Of a stretch of DNA of 64,000 nt, positions 1 through 12,299 are shown one piece after another; position 1 is the stretch's first letter, and every line of letters begins with the position of its first letter. The notes beneath the pieces are model-generated. The model made no database searches. It was not told the origin of the DNA and was given only the letters and a program-made list of their open reading frames with translations. Origin of the DNA: Lepidodermella squamata (lineage: Eukaryota > Animalia > Gastrotricha); the NCBI GenBank assembly GCA_047495785.1, contig JBLDXI010000001.1, positions 3,720,001 to 3,784,000 of the forward strand. Reading direction: 5' to 3'. The translations under genes and the position numbers were made by a program.

Positions 1-727
1 TATAACCATCTACAGGGATTAGTTCTGAACTAATCCCTGAAGGGACCAAGCCACCGAGTTTTACCCGATTACCAACTTTTTTAGATTTCTGAGCTTTTCA
101 TACCATCGATAGAACTCATCAAGCCATGGAAAACCCCGTTGTCCGTTTTTCAAAATTCGTTTCCAGCTCTGAGAAATATTCGGAAATATTGTGTTGTTTT
201 AGATTTTTGGCGTCACGCTCGAGTGACCCCATCGAGCAAATTCGTTCCTATGATTGATTCCAAAACGCAAAATTTGATATTTCAAGGTTAGGCTGTAAAA
301 ATACTTCAGGGATAAGTCGCGTATGTCGTGTGGCGTCATTAAACACCATTAAACACCACCAATAGGCCATGGGACATTCAAATGAATATTAAGGGGTCTA
401 TCTCAACTTTTCATACTTCATACCTTGCGGTTGCTACCATCGGATTCTCCATCTAGCGTATTCCTACGTTCCGCGTTTCAGAGGTATGCATTTTTGAATA
501 AGGGAAAATTTTTGTCTCAAAATTCGATTTTCTCTTTATAAATCGACAGAGAATAGAGAATAACATTCTAGTCTACGCTAATAACAAAACTTCGGAATAC
601 GATTTTTATCAAATTGCTATTTTTTAAAATAATTTTTGGCCTGAACGCGTGACACAACTCGAAAAACCGGGTCAATGAATCAAAGCGGAATTTTATTGCT
701 TCTACAACGTTATTGAGGTAGCTCTAT

Positions 728-3511
728 TCACAGTGCTGTAATAGCCTCGTCGCCTCTCTTTCTCTCAATGTTGTAATTAGTCACCGCTGCCGAAATGCTC
801 TCCTCATCCATGGATGCAGGCGATGGCGCGGCCTGGCAGCAATGTCTCATCCTCGTTCCTCCAATCGATTTCTGTGGGGTACTTGAATCCAAATCCCGAT
901 CAGGGCTGCGTCCAACATTAGTCGATGCATCTTCATCCGGGGTCCCGACTGAAAATCCAGGATTTTCATGGCCTTGATCTTTACTATGCTGGGAACTAGC
1001 TGACTTGATTGACTGGACATCTTCGATGACAACCTTATGATCAGTTTTAGGATGTTGTTCCTGAGGTGGCAATGTTCCCTTGACGCCGAACATGCGGCAA
1101 GTACAGTAGCAAACCCAGCATTTGAACAAAGATTCGCATTTAACAGGCCTAGCAATGCCATGACCCTCCAGTTCCCGGCAGAAAACGCAATGCTCGGCCG
1201 CTCCAAGGTTAGATCCTTTACAGCTTTTCTTGCCTTTGGTGTATCGATGTTTGTAATTGTCGACATGAGTCTTTTCAGCCGGGAGCCATTCTTCAGTCGG
1301 CAAAAATACGCTGGACAGTTTTTTCGTGATGCTTTTATGAGGTGAAGTCATAATCGCATGAATGGCGAATCCTGGAATAGGAAGAAATGAAAGAAGCGAA
1401 ATAGCCCATCCCAGACCAATGGCCCAGCCAGGGTATTTATAACCCCGATAAGATGGTTGATCGAGGTCTTTCAGGCCGATAAAAAGCAAAGCTCCCATGA
1501 AAAGCGGGGTGACGATGAGCCACGAAAATTTCCAAAGAATATTCGGCCGTTTGCCAAGCATCAGATAGACATCGTCGGAAAACCGACTCAAACCATAGAT
1601 GTATGCCACAATGACAACTTCCAGAAAAGCAACGACAGTTACGGTGATAGCTGCAGTGTACCAGTCGATCAAGACGTAGAGGTACATTCCACCCTCTGCG
1701 CAAATTGGTAGGCCAAGAATGAAGCATACGCTACAAACTGCTGCTGTGATCTTAACTTTATGGCCACGCAACACAGGGTACAGGTCGAAAAGCCCACTGA
1801 CCACCGTGTCCACAAAGCCAAACTGGCTGTCGATGCCGAGAGTGAGCAAGGTGAGGAAGAAGCAAATCGACCAAAACGGGCTAGCCGGCATTTCGGCAAT
1901 GGCTTGAGGATAAACCTAAAACATCAATTTTCGTGGAAACACCAATGATACCAATAAGGACAAGGATACCACAAAAGCCAAGCCCACTCCGGAAGCCGCG
2001 AATCTTTTGATCGGCATATTGGTCTTTTTAGCCATAAATCCGATAACGGAAAACATGGCGAATCCACCATAAACGGCTGGAATAGAGGGTTCAAAGAATG
2101 TTTGTCTAAATCTGACGATTTACCTGTGAAAACGTCACTAATCGGTATCCCCACCGCCTCTCTGTTGAGTGAAAATAGAAATTAAAATCCAAGGGAGGAA
2201 TAACCCACTCACATGTCCAATTTGTTGTTGAATTTGTTGTAACTTGCCATGGTGATCAGGCCACCCCAAGCCGGGCCTAAAGAGTAAAACATCTGAAGAG
2301 ACGCTTCGATCCATACGTTCTGGTTGAGCAAAGTTGTGAAGTTGGGTTTCAAGTAGAAAACTAAACCATCCGCAGCTCCGTCGAGTGTCACGCCCCGAAT
2401 CATCAAGGCCGTGAGCAGAAAATAAGGCAAGGTTGCTGTGACATAAACAACCTTGCCCGAAGACTGAACACCTTTGCACAGGCAGAGAAAGACTATCATC
2501 CAAGCGCCGAATAATGAGAGGACGAGTTGCCAACGAAGTCCTCCGAAATCCTCCAATCCTCCCCAATTTATGCCCAAGATGACATTGCTAAGCAATTAGA
2601 TTTGCTAATGACAACATCAGCCTTACAGTAAATACTCACTTCCAATAGTCTTCACTAGGTAGGAGGAAGTTTTCCGGAGGAAGAGGAATAGTGCAATTCA
2701 TGGTCCCGTTATTTATGGCCAGGGTCATGTTGCCAACTTCTTCGGATGTCGCATTAACGAATTCCGTACAGCGTAGGGTTGTCGAGAATGGATCATAGCA
2801 TGTTGCTACGTAAATTCATTCTAAACCTAACTGGCTCTTTGGATAAGGAGTTTAAACCTGTGTTCCAGCTGTTGTCGCAACCTCGCCATGGAACGTCACT
2901 TGCAAATGACTGCACCAGGAAAAATATGCCTTTAATTAAGCAGAGAGCGAATGTAGAAGAAAGATTAGCAAATTTGGGTAACATACACCATCCGAGAAGC
3001 ATGTTGTAGTAAATGCTGACAATTCCAGACAGAATCACACAAGCGTAACCAACTCCTCGGAAGACAGGGCAGAAGCTCCACATCGTCAACGGACTCAGGC
3101 CCGAAAATTGACCGAGTGCCAACTCGATGAAAAACAACGGAATACCGCCCGCAAATAGAGCGAAGAAAAACGGGATCAAAAATGCTCCACCGCCATTTTT
3201 CATACACTGGAATAGGTCACAGTTTTAACTTAATTTTACCGAGGCGATTTGATTACCATATAAGGAAAGCGAGTGATATTTCCGATGCCAACAGAATAAC
3301 CCAAAGTGGCTGAAAATGAGGGGAAATTACATTAGAGATTATCGTATGAAAAGGGTGTTGTACCTAGGAAAAACTCGATCTTGTGACCCCATTGGCCTCG
3401 ATCTGCCAATTCGTGACTCTTGTCTGGCTTTGCCTTTTGCCCGTAAAACCTCTCTTTCAATCTGCTGAGCGACACAGTGCTCCAGACATTTTTCATCGAC
3501 TTGCTAGCCAT
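728..3511 (-). CDS. SLC6 Na+/Cl- dependent neurotransmitter/amino-acid transporter (glycine/proline-transporter-like), multi-exon
   Basis: Spliced reading: MASKSM...DRGQWGHKIEFFL, GYSVGIGNITRFPY, KNGGGAFLIPF...GIPLFFIELALGQF, KGVQSSGKVVYVTATLPY, QMFYSLGPAWGGLITMASYNKF, LGIDSQFG. Short GT-AG introns separate the ORF pieces. ATG at 3511. The 3' exon structure is approximate. Confidence 0.92.
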
Positions 3512-4152
3512 TCAACAAAAGCGAGTAATAAAACCCAGTTAAATGAGCTTTTATGTTACCAATGGTATTATTCAAAAAGATACACGGGAAAACTCGCCAT
3601 TGTTACGGTCCGGCGCTATTGCGTAGAAATTTCAGATCGTGCGGGTTTGAGGGTGCATTTTGAGCGCTGACGAAGCGTTAAGTGGGGACTCGTGTCGACG
3701 AGCGAACATCCACACTACCGGTATGTTACAGATTGGAGCATTTGGATTGGAGCTTTTGGAAGCGAAACGGGACGAGTTGGCGTAAATCCTTACATAAATT
3801 AGCTGCAAATTTGTGCAATACCACCTAAAATGGATAGAATGGTTCAACTAGTTGAACAGCGTGAATCATCTGGATACTGCGGAGCTATCTTTATTACAAA
3901 AAGTGTGAATGCGATTTCTAGGTTATACCTGAGATTCCAGTACTCGGCTCTTGTTTATTCTTCTGTCATTACAAAACTCGCCTAGGCGCGGATCAACAGC
4001 AGCGGTAATGATTAGCCTCTGAGCGCGTGGTATCGATCAAATGTTGTTGATGCACGCAGCCATTTCGCATGAGCGTTTTTATGCGTAAATGATTAAGCGA
4101 TACTGAAGAAGCGCGGCTATAGAACCACGCATACGCAATGCCTTTTATCAAT

Positions 4153-4225
4153 GGTTCTGTAGTGTAGTGGTTATCACGTCTCCTTCACACGGAGAAGGTC
4201 GCGAGTTCGAACCTCGCCAGAACCT
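4153..4225 (+). tRNA. tRNA-Val(CAC)
   Basis: GGTTCTG/CAGAACC acceptor stem; A-box TAGTGTAGTGG; anticodon arm TCTCC-TTCACAC-GGAGA; T-loop GTTCGAA; downstream T-runs. Confidence 0.95.
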
Positions 4226-4332
4226 TGCGGTAAATCTTTTCTAGTTTTTTTTTATTTTATCACATCATGTAAAAAGCAATGCGAAATGTATGCACCGGCG
4301 CATCATATATCCACTGAATTGAGCCAATTTTT

Positions 4333-6128
4333 TTAAGCACACCAACGCTTTTCAACAGAGCATTTTAAATATATCCAAGTTGCAAGAGCCTGGTCTGCGG
4401 CCGTAAGATTCTGGTTGTAGCCGTTTGATTGTAACCAGTCCGCTGGGTCTATTTCGCTGCTCCGCAGTGGCTCTGGTGGCAGAATGCGCCGAAAGTGGCG
4501 CCGTTGTAATTGCTCCAGCGAAGTTTGCTTCAAGACATTAATGAAGTCTTCTGAATAGCTTTTTTTACAGATCTGACATTTCTGAAAAATAAAAGACACA
4601 GAAGTAAAAAAGCTTATCCTTATATAATGTCCTTCTTTCTCGTTCTACTTATTTTATGAAAGGATTTAACTAATTCGCTCGCTGTGGGAACGAAGAGCTT
4701 TTATGCCTATTCATACCGCTTACCAAGTCATTTTTTGCGTCACACGGTTCGTCAAGATTGCAGGCCGGTCGGCCAATATGTAGGTCATTGTCATGTACCA
4801 GGCCAAAGTCATTCCTGTTAACAGCAAAAACATAAAAAAGAGACCATATTAGAGATATAAACTTACACAATTGAGTCTATGAATCCGAATCGGTGATTCA
4901 AAGAAGCGCCAGTTATCGTGAAGACATCGAATAGAATCTGCCGGTAGATGCGTCTATTTCGCAATTTCGCCCCATGGGCCCATAAATTCGGTGAAAAGTT
5001 TACTTCCATCAACCAAGGTTTCAATTCACGATTCCGGGTCTCTATCAGGAAGTCAAACCGCAACAAGTCGAAGTGTTTCGATATTCCATCAATGTTAACG
5101 CCGGGATCAGTCCAGACCTGACTATGATTCGAAACGTTGCCGACAGAAACAAGCCGATTGCTCAATGTCAGGAAAATGCCTCGAATTTGTCGTTCCATTT
5201 CATGAAACAATTCGTCGGAACTGTGACCACGAGTGAACAGGTATTGACTGAAAGCTTGCTTAATCGTTGAGCCTTCGTTGATGAAGCGTCCAAGAGATGG
5301 CAACTCCCAGGGAGGTCTATGCTCTGAATCAACGACATATTTCCGAGTATTTTTCGAATCGAATGGATGGTAAGGCTCTGGGCAAGACCTTATCCAAATT
5401 TCGTGATCCAGGAGGTAAACCCGCAGGGGGGCTATGCTAGTCACTAACACATACATGCCGACATCAATTTTGAAATCATCGATGAGCAAAGGACTGTCGA
5501 TAAATTGTTGGATGAAAGACCCGCCGTATGGTTTAAAATGATCAGGATACACTAGGGAAATGCCGCGGTGAGAATTCGATTTTGTCATCCATTTTAGGTC
5601 AGGATGCATTGCTGAGTAATTTCTCCACTGAAAATACTCCTCAGGCATGCGGAAAGACAAAGGTATTTCGCCTGTCCTCATAGTTGCCAAATCAACCTTA
5701 TTAGTAAGGATGCCGATGTTAGGAAAGTGGTTGATCTGAAAATGAATACTGTGTACAGTGAAGAAATGAAAGAATGGATTTCTTACAATTTGGTTAGCGT
5801 AGATCTTCCGGAACTGATGATGGTTGAAAGGCCATTCAAAAGACCAAATGAGATTGATATCGGAAGTGTCTTGTGGCAGATCGAAAGCTACGTCGAAGCC
5901 CAAGGCTTCTAAAACAGAGACCACTTCTTGCAAGTGGCCTTGGCTCTTAGAGGTTACGTGCCGCCCGAAAACAAGAGCTTTAGGCTTGAAATGGTTGATC
6001 TTAAATGATGAATTGCTCAGAAGCGATTCATTCTGGGCTAGGTCTCCTCTCTGATCCGGCCAATATCGATTGAAGAAAATTGATGATAAACAGATGAGAG
6101 TTGCAGCTAGCGAGTCGAGGCGCGACAT
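4333..6128 (-). CDS. Tubulin-tyrosine-ligase-like (TTLL15-like) ATP-grasp protein with N-terminal hydrophobic segment
   Basis: INHFPNIGILTNK, IQQFIDSPLLIDDFKIDVGMYVLVTSIAPLRVY, FDLLRFDFL...PWLMEVNFSPNL motifs. There is an in-frame 51-nt intron at 5736-5786. The 3' exons lie at about 4670-4820 and 4333-4580. Confidence 0.85.
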
Positions 6129-6510
6129 CTCCGCACGAAAAGGTGTGATGCCCTAAAACTCGCGCTCTTCAATATATGATACGATAGGTGTCGCCGGCTT
6201 TGCGTGTAGCCCTTGGTGCGGTAAAAGCTAACGCGAGTTTCATCATAATCTGCCGCGCGTTTATAGCCGCCGGCTTTCTCTCGCGTGTTTGCCTACCATG
6301 CGGCATGCGGTGCAGAAATTGCGGATGCGCTGCACGCGTGAGGGCAACAATATAAATGACACACGCGCACACACAGGGTCGCATGCGGAACACAGTTGCA
6401 GGTCAGCGCGCAGTCGTTGGTAATAAACCGCCTCGGCTTCGTTATTGTTGTTGGTTAGCCGTAAATACTTGGCTCGGCGCATCTCACAACTCGATTGTTG
6501 ATAATACACA

Positions 6511-7322
6511 TACTGTAACGCAGTCCTTTTTCGGACAGGGTAATTTCGGACACTTTTGGCTTTGAGCGTGAGTTTCTCCACAACCCTAGTAGATAAAAAT
6601 ACCGTTCAAAATGCAGGAGACAGCCTAGAGTCTTGTCTTTCAAACGACACCTGAAACATGTAAAACGGATTTGTTTACAAAGAACGGTTGTACTTATTCG
6701 CAGGTGAGCGCCGAGGTAAAAAATTGCAAACTTTTTCAAATGGCAGTATTTTTTGCCGGATAGAAGCGCGAAAGAAAGAGCGCATCGAATTCAGATAGGC
6801 TGGCATGTTTGGAAGAAATTTAAACGGGACATTTTGCCTGAAATTCCGCCAGAAAAACCGACATCCCCCGTCTAATTTCGGACAGCCCCTAACTACAGAG
6901 AATTCAATCGACCTTGACAGTTTTTAAACTTTAATATTTTAGTGAGAATAGCACTGAACTGCGTTGAGAGCACCAATTCGCTAACGGGGGTTCAAATCCC
7001 TCAACATGCAATTCATTTTTTTATTTTTGAATCTGCTCACAAATTTTATCTCGCTTTAATGCGAACTTTGGCCCTAATCTAAATATTCACACTGAGCTGT
7101 CCGAAATTACCCCAGTTGTGTCCGAAATTAGCCGAGTCAGTTTTCCGTGAATACCTGTGCAGGTATAATTTGCAGAAGGTATATTTTTACCGTGATTAAC
7201 ACTACGATATGCAGTTTTTCAAGGTGCATCTTTGGGCGCAAAGTACGTAAAAAAATTCGTTCATCTCACAAAATTAAGCCTGAAAAACAGGTTTTTGTCC
7301 GAAATAAGACAACGTTACGGTA
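6511..7322. mobile_element. Non-autonomous DNA transposon (MITE), TA-flanked, Tc1/mariner/pogo-like
   Basis: Imperfect TIRs TACTGTAACGCAGTCCTTTTTCGGACA and rc TACCGTAACGTTGTCTTATTTCGGACA; subterminal TAATTTCGGACA repeats in both orientations. Confidence 0.7.
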
Positions 7323-8763
7323 TTATAATCGCGCAGAATAAATAATTGGTATTTAATACACCGTGATATTGCTAAACAAAGACGAGCGGTGTTGACTACC
7401 GCCTGCTTCCCGCTTTGTGTTCAAGTGATGCATTCTTATACTATAGAGCCTGAAACCGAAACTGCGCGCTATATAGCGGCGACGCATCTTATCTACCTAT
7501 TCTCAACTGAGATTTTAATGATCATCGCGTTCGACCTCTTCTCTCACATATCCGCGAACTTTTTATTACAGAATTATTGAAAAATAGCCGAGAACAGCCA
7601 CATTTCATCAGGCTGCAAAACTGAAATGTTGCGAAAATTATTAAATTTGAAGTCATGCATTCCATTGATTAAGTAAAATTAATAAATTAACAAACAGTTT
7701 AGCTCTCAATTTTTTTTAAATTTCTGCTATTCTGACTTTTGTTGACTCCTTATACACTTGGTCGCTAGTGATGCCCCGCAGTTACAGCCATTAGTCATAA
7801 GTGACGCAAGTAAAGAAAAGGGTTCAGAAACTCTAAAATGAGAGACCAAGTCACATCTCATCGCCAGAAAAATTAAAAAAATCACGAGAATACGTGTCAC
7901 TTGTTATTGGGATAAAAAAAAATCCGGAGAAATTTCGTCCTAACTGGTAAAATACCGAAAAATACCGAACCAGTTACCATCGGGGTTTTCCGGGGATTCT
8001 CTGGAAAATTTTTATTTCTTCCGTTGAATCGCGTATAAAAGATGGAATATTCTCTCGGTAGGTTTAATTTAATAAAATTAATTTAATTCCCTAAAAAAAT
8101 TAGCAAAAGTACAAAATAGTCGCGCAACTTCTGGGACACGCCGTATTACCCCGCAATTAGTTTATCAATATATATCCACCTCAGGTAAAAAGAGCGATTT
8201 TAAATGCTTTGATTGGCTTTGATTTGATTGCAAATAATTGGCTTCCGAGACTGCTCATGTCGGGAAATCACTGATTTGTAAAATCGATATCGGCTCTCCT
8301 AAGTGAAGTAATATGAAATATGAAAGTTTCATATCGATTCAAGAGTTTAGACCTATGATGGAGTCATTTTTCAGAAAATTTTAGAGAAATGCAGCAAAGA
8401 TATAACCCATCATTTCTTTCTTCCTAGAGGTAACATCGGTCATTGGCTTGTCAGGTGAAATCAACATTTTCCTGATAATTTTCCTGTTTCAAAAATGGTT
8501 TCAAATTCGATGCAAGCTCATTCAATATTTTTGCATCACCCTGATTTTATAATATTGAGCCCACTGAGCAACAAAAAATGTGCATTCGAAATGTGATTTT
8601 TTAATTTTATTTCTCGTAAAAAAGGTCTTGACCTCGTCGCAGTTTTCACGCGCAAAAAATAGGCTGGAGTAGTCGCAGTTTGATTGTCGAATTTCACACA
8701 AGAAAAGTTGAGCTCTGGTTAAATATTCCGAGTAATTTACACTGATATCAATAGATTAAAGCG

Positions 8764-11700
8764 TTATAAACTGGGTAACAATAACAAAATTAACGGAACA
8801 CAAATCAGCGGTGAAAAAGTTCTGTGCCTGCCGGAGCTGATTAGCGGATTCGAAAGGCCGAGATCGGTGAAAAAGTAGAACTGCCCGTGGCCACCGCTGG
8901 GCGGCGTAGAATCAGGCGCGCCTATTTCGGCTATTTTCGACAGGCTAGCCGCGTCTAGAATCACGAGGAACCCCCGGTTGTTATTCAAATTCTGCCCAGC
9001 TACCAGCAACACGCCGTCTTCCTCGCCTTTACTGCCAGGATTAGGCACGAAAACGACCTCGTCCAACAGGTAATTAAGGTCTGGCACCCATTGCGCGACC
9101 TCAGTTGTCCGGGTGTTCAGCTTTACGACGGCACTTTGACCCGGGGTGATCCATTTGCTGATCATGTACGTTTGCGTGTAGTATTTGCCGGCGTATTTAG
9201 GGTTTATCCGAGGTTTTTCGTAGAAATTCCACTCGATTTGCGTTAACCGGTAACGAGTAGCTGCCGAGTCGGGAATGTCGACAATAATTCGTTCCACGCG
9301 AGTCGCGCATGTATAGCCCTAAGAAGGAGCAAAGATGGGGGTCATCCAGGATATTATTTTTATTTTATTAGGCTTACGTTGTTATTCACGATGGATGAAA
9401 GAGAGGTGCAGTCAGCCATGTAATTGCCGTCGTTTGAGGTCAAAACGTCGAGAACGATCGTTCCAGTCACTTGATCTTCAAATGCGTTAATCTAAAAAGC
9501 GTCAAAAGTAGAATTTTAGGAATTCAGTATGTGATATCTGTCAACGAAATCAAAGTTTGACCACCAAAATAAAAGAAATTTTCAATTTCAAGGGAGCAGT
9601 CACGAATTTCCCAAAAATGTGGTCAATCAATTATTGAGTACAGTTAATAATTATTGAAATTTGGCTCCGTATTCGCTTGGAAGGATTTCTTAAATCTACC
9701 GGCTCTATCGATTGGTATCATTTGCACGAAAATCGAAGATGCAGAACATGGGTTATTAGCATTTGTCCAAAACTAGGTCAAACACATCTACCTGGTAGCG
9801 AAATTGAAAATTTCGAAAAATATGGAAAATAAGATCGAAATTTCCTTTAGCGATTGTAAAAAGGCCGAATTCTTAGGGCAAAAGACTGATTTTCTGTTAA
9901 TTGAAATGTAGTTTGTTCTTAATTAGGACAGCGCAGACTAGTTTTCCATATTGACCAGGTAAAAGCAACCACCTTCAGGGTCCAGGCTGTCAAAAGGGGG
10001 AATATCTTTTAGCGGAACCAAATTTACAGTGAGCGGAACCAAATTTGCTTTTTGCGGAACCAAATCCGAAATATGCCAAGAGTCATTTTTTGAATATTTC
10101 TATGAATTTTAGGCTAAGCATGAATTCTGAATTGAACACTGCGTCTTATAGAGAATGTTGCGCTGAATTCACTGGTGAATTTTCTAGAATTATTGGGGCC
10201 CATTTCGACATGCAATAAATATCCGAAAAACGATTTCAGGCCACTAGAAAATTCTAAAATTTGGTTCCGCTAACAGAAAATTTGGTTCCGCTACAGCATA
10301 TTTGGTTCCGCTTCAGCAAATTTGGTTCCGCTCACTGTAAATTTGGTTCCGGTAACAGGAAGACCCGTCAAAAGGGGCCCTGCTATACCCTAACTTTGGA
10401 CGCTGAACATGTTGACATCAAAAGATCTAGGGGAATTTTTTGGTCGGGTCAATGATGATTCATCAGAAGATTTGAGGAATGAATCATCATCATTTGAGAA
10501 GTTAGGAATCCGAACATCCTAATAATTTATCCAATAATTTTTTTCTGATTAAAATTAGCGAACCTTCACAGAGGGACAAATTTGAAATGACAAATCTACT
10601 AGGTTTGGCGAACTTTTTTCCAAGATATTGCCAATAACAAAGTCAAAGGCTACCCACCATGCTGAGGACACAAAAATTTGGTGAATTTAGATTTCGATTT
10701 CATAGCTTTACTTAATTCCCTATATTGAATTGAATGCGAAGTAAAGCCAAACTTACGATATGAGAAATGAAAAGCGGCTGAATTCGAACTTCATAAAATC
10801 TCTTCGTATTTTTATTCAGCAACTGCACCGTACTGTATTTATCCGGCCGCCATTTGAACAAAAACGAATACAGCGGCGAAAATACGTAGGCTGGCCAGTA
10901 TTTATAAACTATAAAAATTAAAGATAATTAATAAGAATTTTTCCAAACTTTCTACACATTACCAAACATGAAACAGTAATCAGCTAGCATTGACGAGGTA
11001 GGCAGAACAACGTAATTCGGCGTCACAGCAATATCGTGAATATAACCCGGCAAATGTTCAATTTCCCGATATTGCAACAACTGGTCGGCCGAAGTTCCAG
11101 GGTTCGTCGAACATTTATCAGACGTCGAAAATTGCGGCATCTCTTTCACGGCGAATAACTGCCGTTTCGCCGTAGTCCCAGTCGGCACGATTTGGTAAAT
11201 TATCAGCCGAGTTTTACCCGTATTAGGATTTGCGTTGTAGACAGCCGACCATAACGTTCCGGTTGAGTCATCAGCAGCGTGACCAGCGTTGTTGAACATG
11301 AGGCCATCCATGCCGAAGCTATTCCCAGAGTCTGCGAATGGGAAAGGCTTCCCGTCATTTTCCATGGTTGCGGCGTCGACCCGGGTGCCGTAGGTTCCAT
11401 CGGAAACTGCTTCGATTGAGGTGCCCAGCTTCCAGAAATTATGGCTTGGGCTGTAGGCTAAATAGCCGGGGAATGCGTTCACGCTCGCCTCGATTCGGTC
11501 ACTGGTTCTTGAAAATAGCGTCCAGAATGCGGTGCCAACGCCGTCTAGCGATTGGCCGTTCGATTTCCAAACTTGATAGGCCAAAGACCGGTAATATCTA
11601 CGAAAACAGAAAAGTTGGGTAAAAATCCTACAAAATACAAAATATCCCTACAGGACATTCTTTCTGAAATCGACCGATGAATCATCGACCCAATTTCAAA

Positions 11701-12299
11701 CCCTATTTTTGACATCTTTGTTTATGGCAACCTCGAAAACTTAGGAAATATAGGCAGATAAGGAAGCCAACATTTAAAATTATCCTATCTTCCTGAGGGA
11801 ACTTGGTAACTAAGGTAGAAACTCGAAAAAATTAATTGAAATTTAGGGCTAGAATCTAATAAATTATAGAAATTCAAGTACTGGGAACCTAGTTTTCACA
11901 ATAAAATATTTTTCAATTTAAAAATGTTTATAAGGTACCTGTTTGAGTATAAAATTTTGTTCGTATCTCCATTGATTTTGAAAACTGAACCCATGCCAAC
12001 TGGATCTTTGAGATTTTCAACTCGATTTGGCACTCGCTCAGAAAGCTGAAATAAAAATAGCTCAACATAAGCCAGGCTTCAAGTTTTACGTTTTATCATA
12101 CCTTTCCCCATGACCCGCTAGTTTGCCGTAGGAAAAAGCCATTTAGCCAACTTGGCACCTTGCCATAGGTTATCTCGCACATTTCATTAGTCCTCTCCGC
12201 TTCGACCTGAGCGAAGGCGTCGTAAATTGTGTAAGGCGACGGGTAGGACGAGGCCAGCCGAATGACAAACAGCCAGAAAAACCAAGTGATTTCAATCAT
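8764..12299 (-). CDS. Carotenoid cleavage oxygenase (BCO/RPE65 family) with signal peptide and GPI-like C-terminus, about 6 exons
   Basis: GKVPSWLNGFFLRQ start of the fold. Four Fe-ligand His contexts: NNAGH, PGYIHDIAVTPNYVVL, PLFISH|IINAFED (across a splice) and GGHGQF. EKPRINP and EVVFVPNPGSKGEEDGVLL motifs are also present. Confidence 0.88.
9998..10366. mobile_element. Mutator/Foldback-like MITE in an intron of the carotenoid oxygenase gene
   Basis: 9-bp direct repeat GTCAAAAGG at 9989-9997 and 10367-10375; GGG...CCC ends; about 20-bp subterminal repeats GCGGAACCAAATTT / AAATTTGGTTCCGC in inverted arrays. Confidence 0.85.

Noticed and set aside
6940-7012. Possible tRNA gene (GGTTCAAATCC)
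   Set aside because: No convincing acceptor, D or anticodon stems could be folded, and it lies inside a MITE.
8125-8145. Mariner-like TIR (rc TACGGCGTGTCCCAGAAG)
   Set aside because: No partner TIR could be located, so element boundaries cannot be supported.
9998-10366. Short regularly spaced repeats resembling a CRISPR array (also 62113-62498)
   Set aside because: The repeats form inverted arms with target-site duplications and have no unique spacers or cas genes. They are MITE subterminal repeats in a eukaryotic genome.
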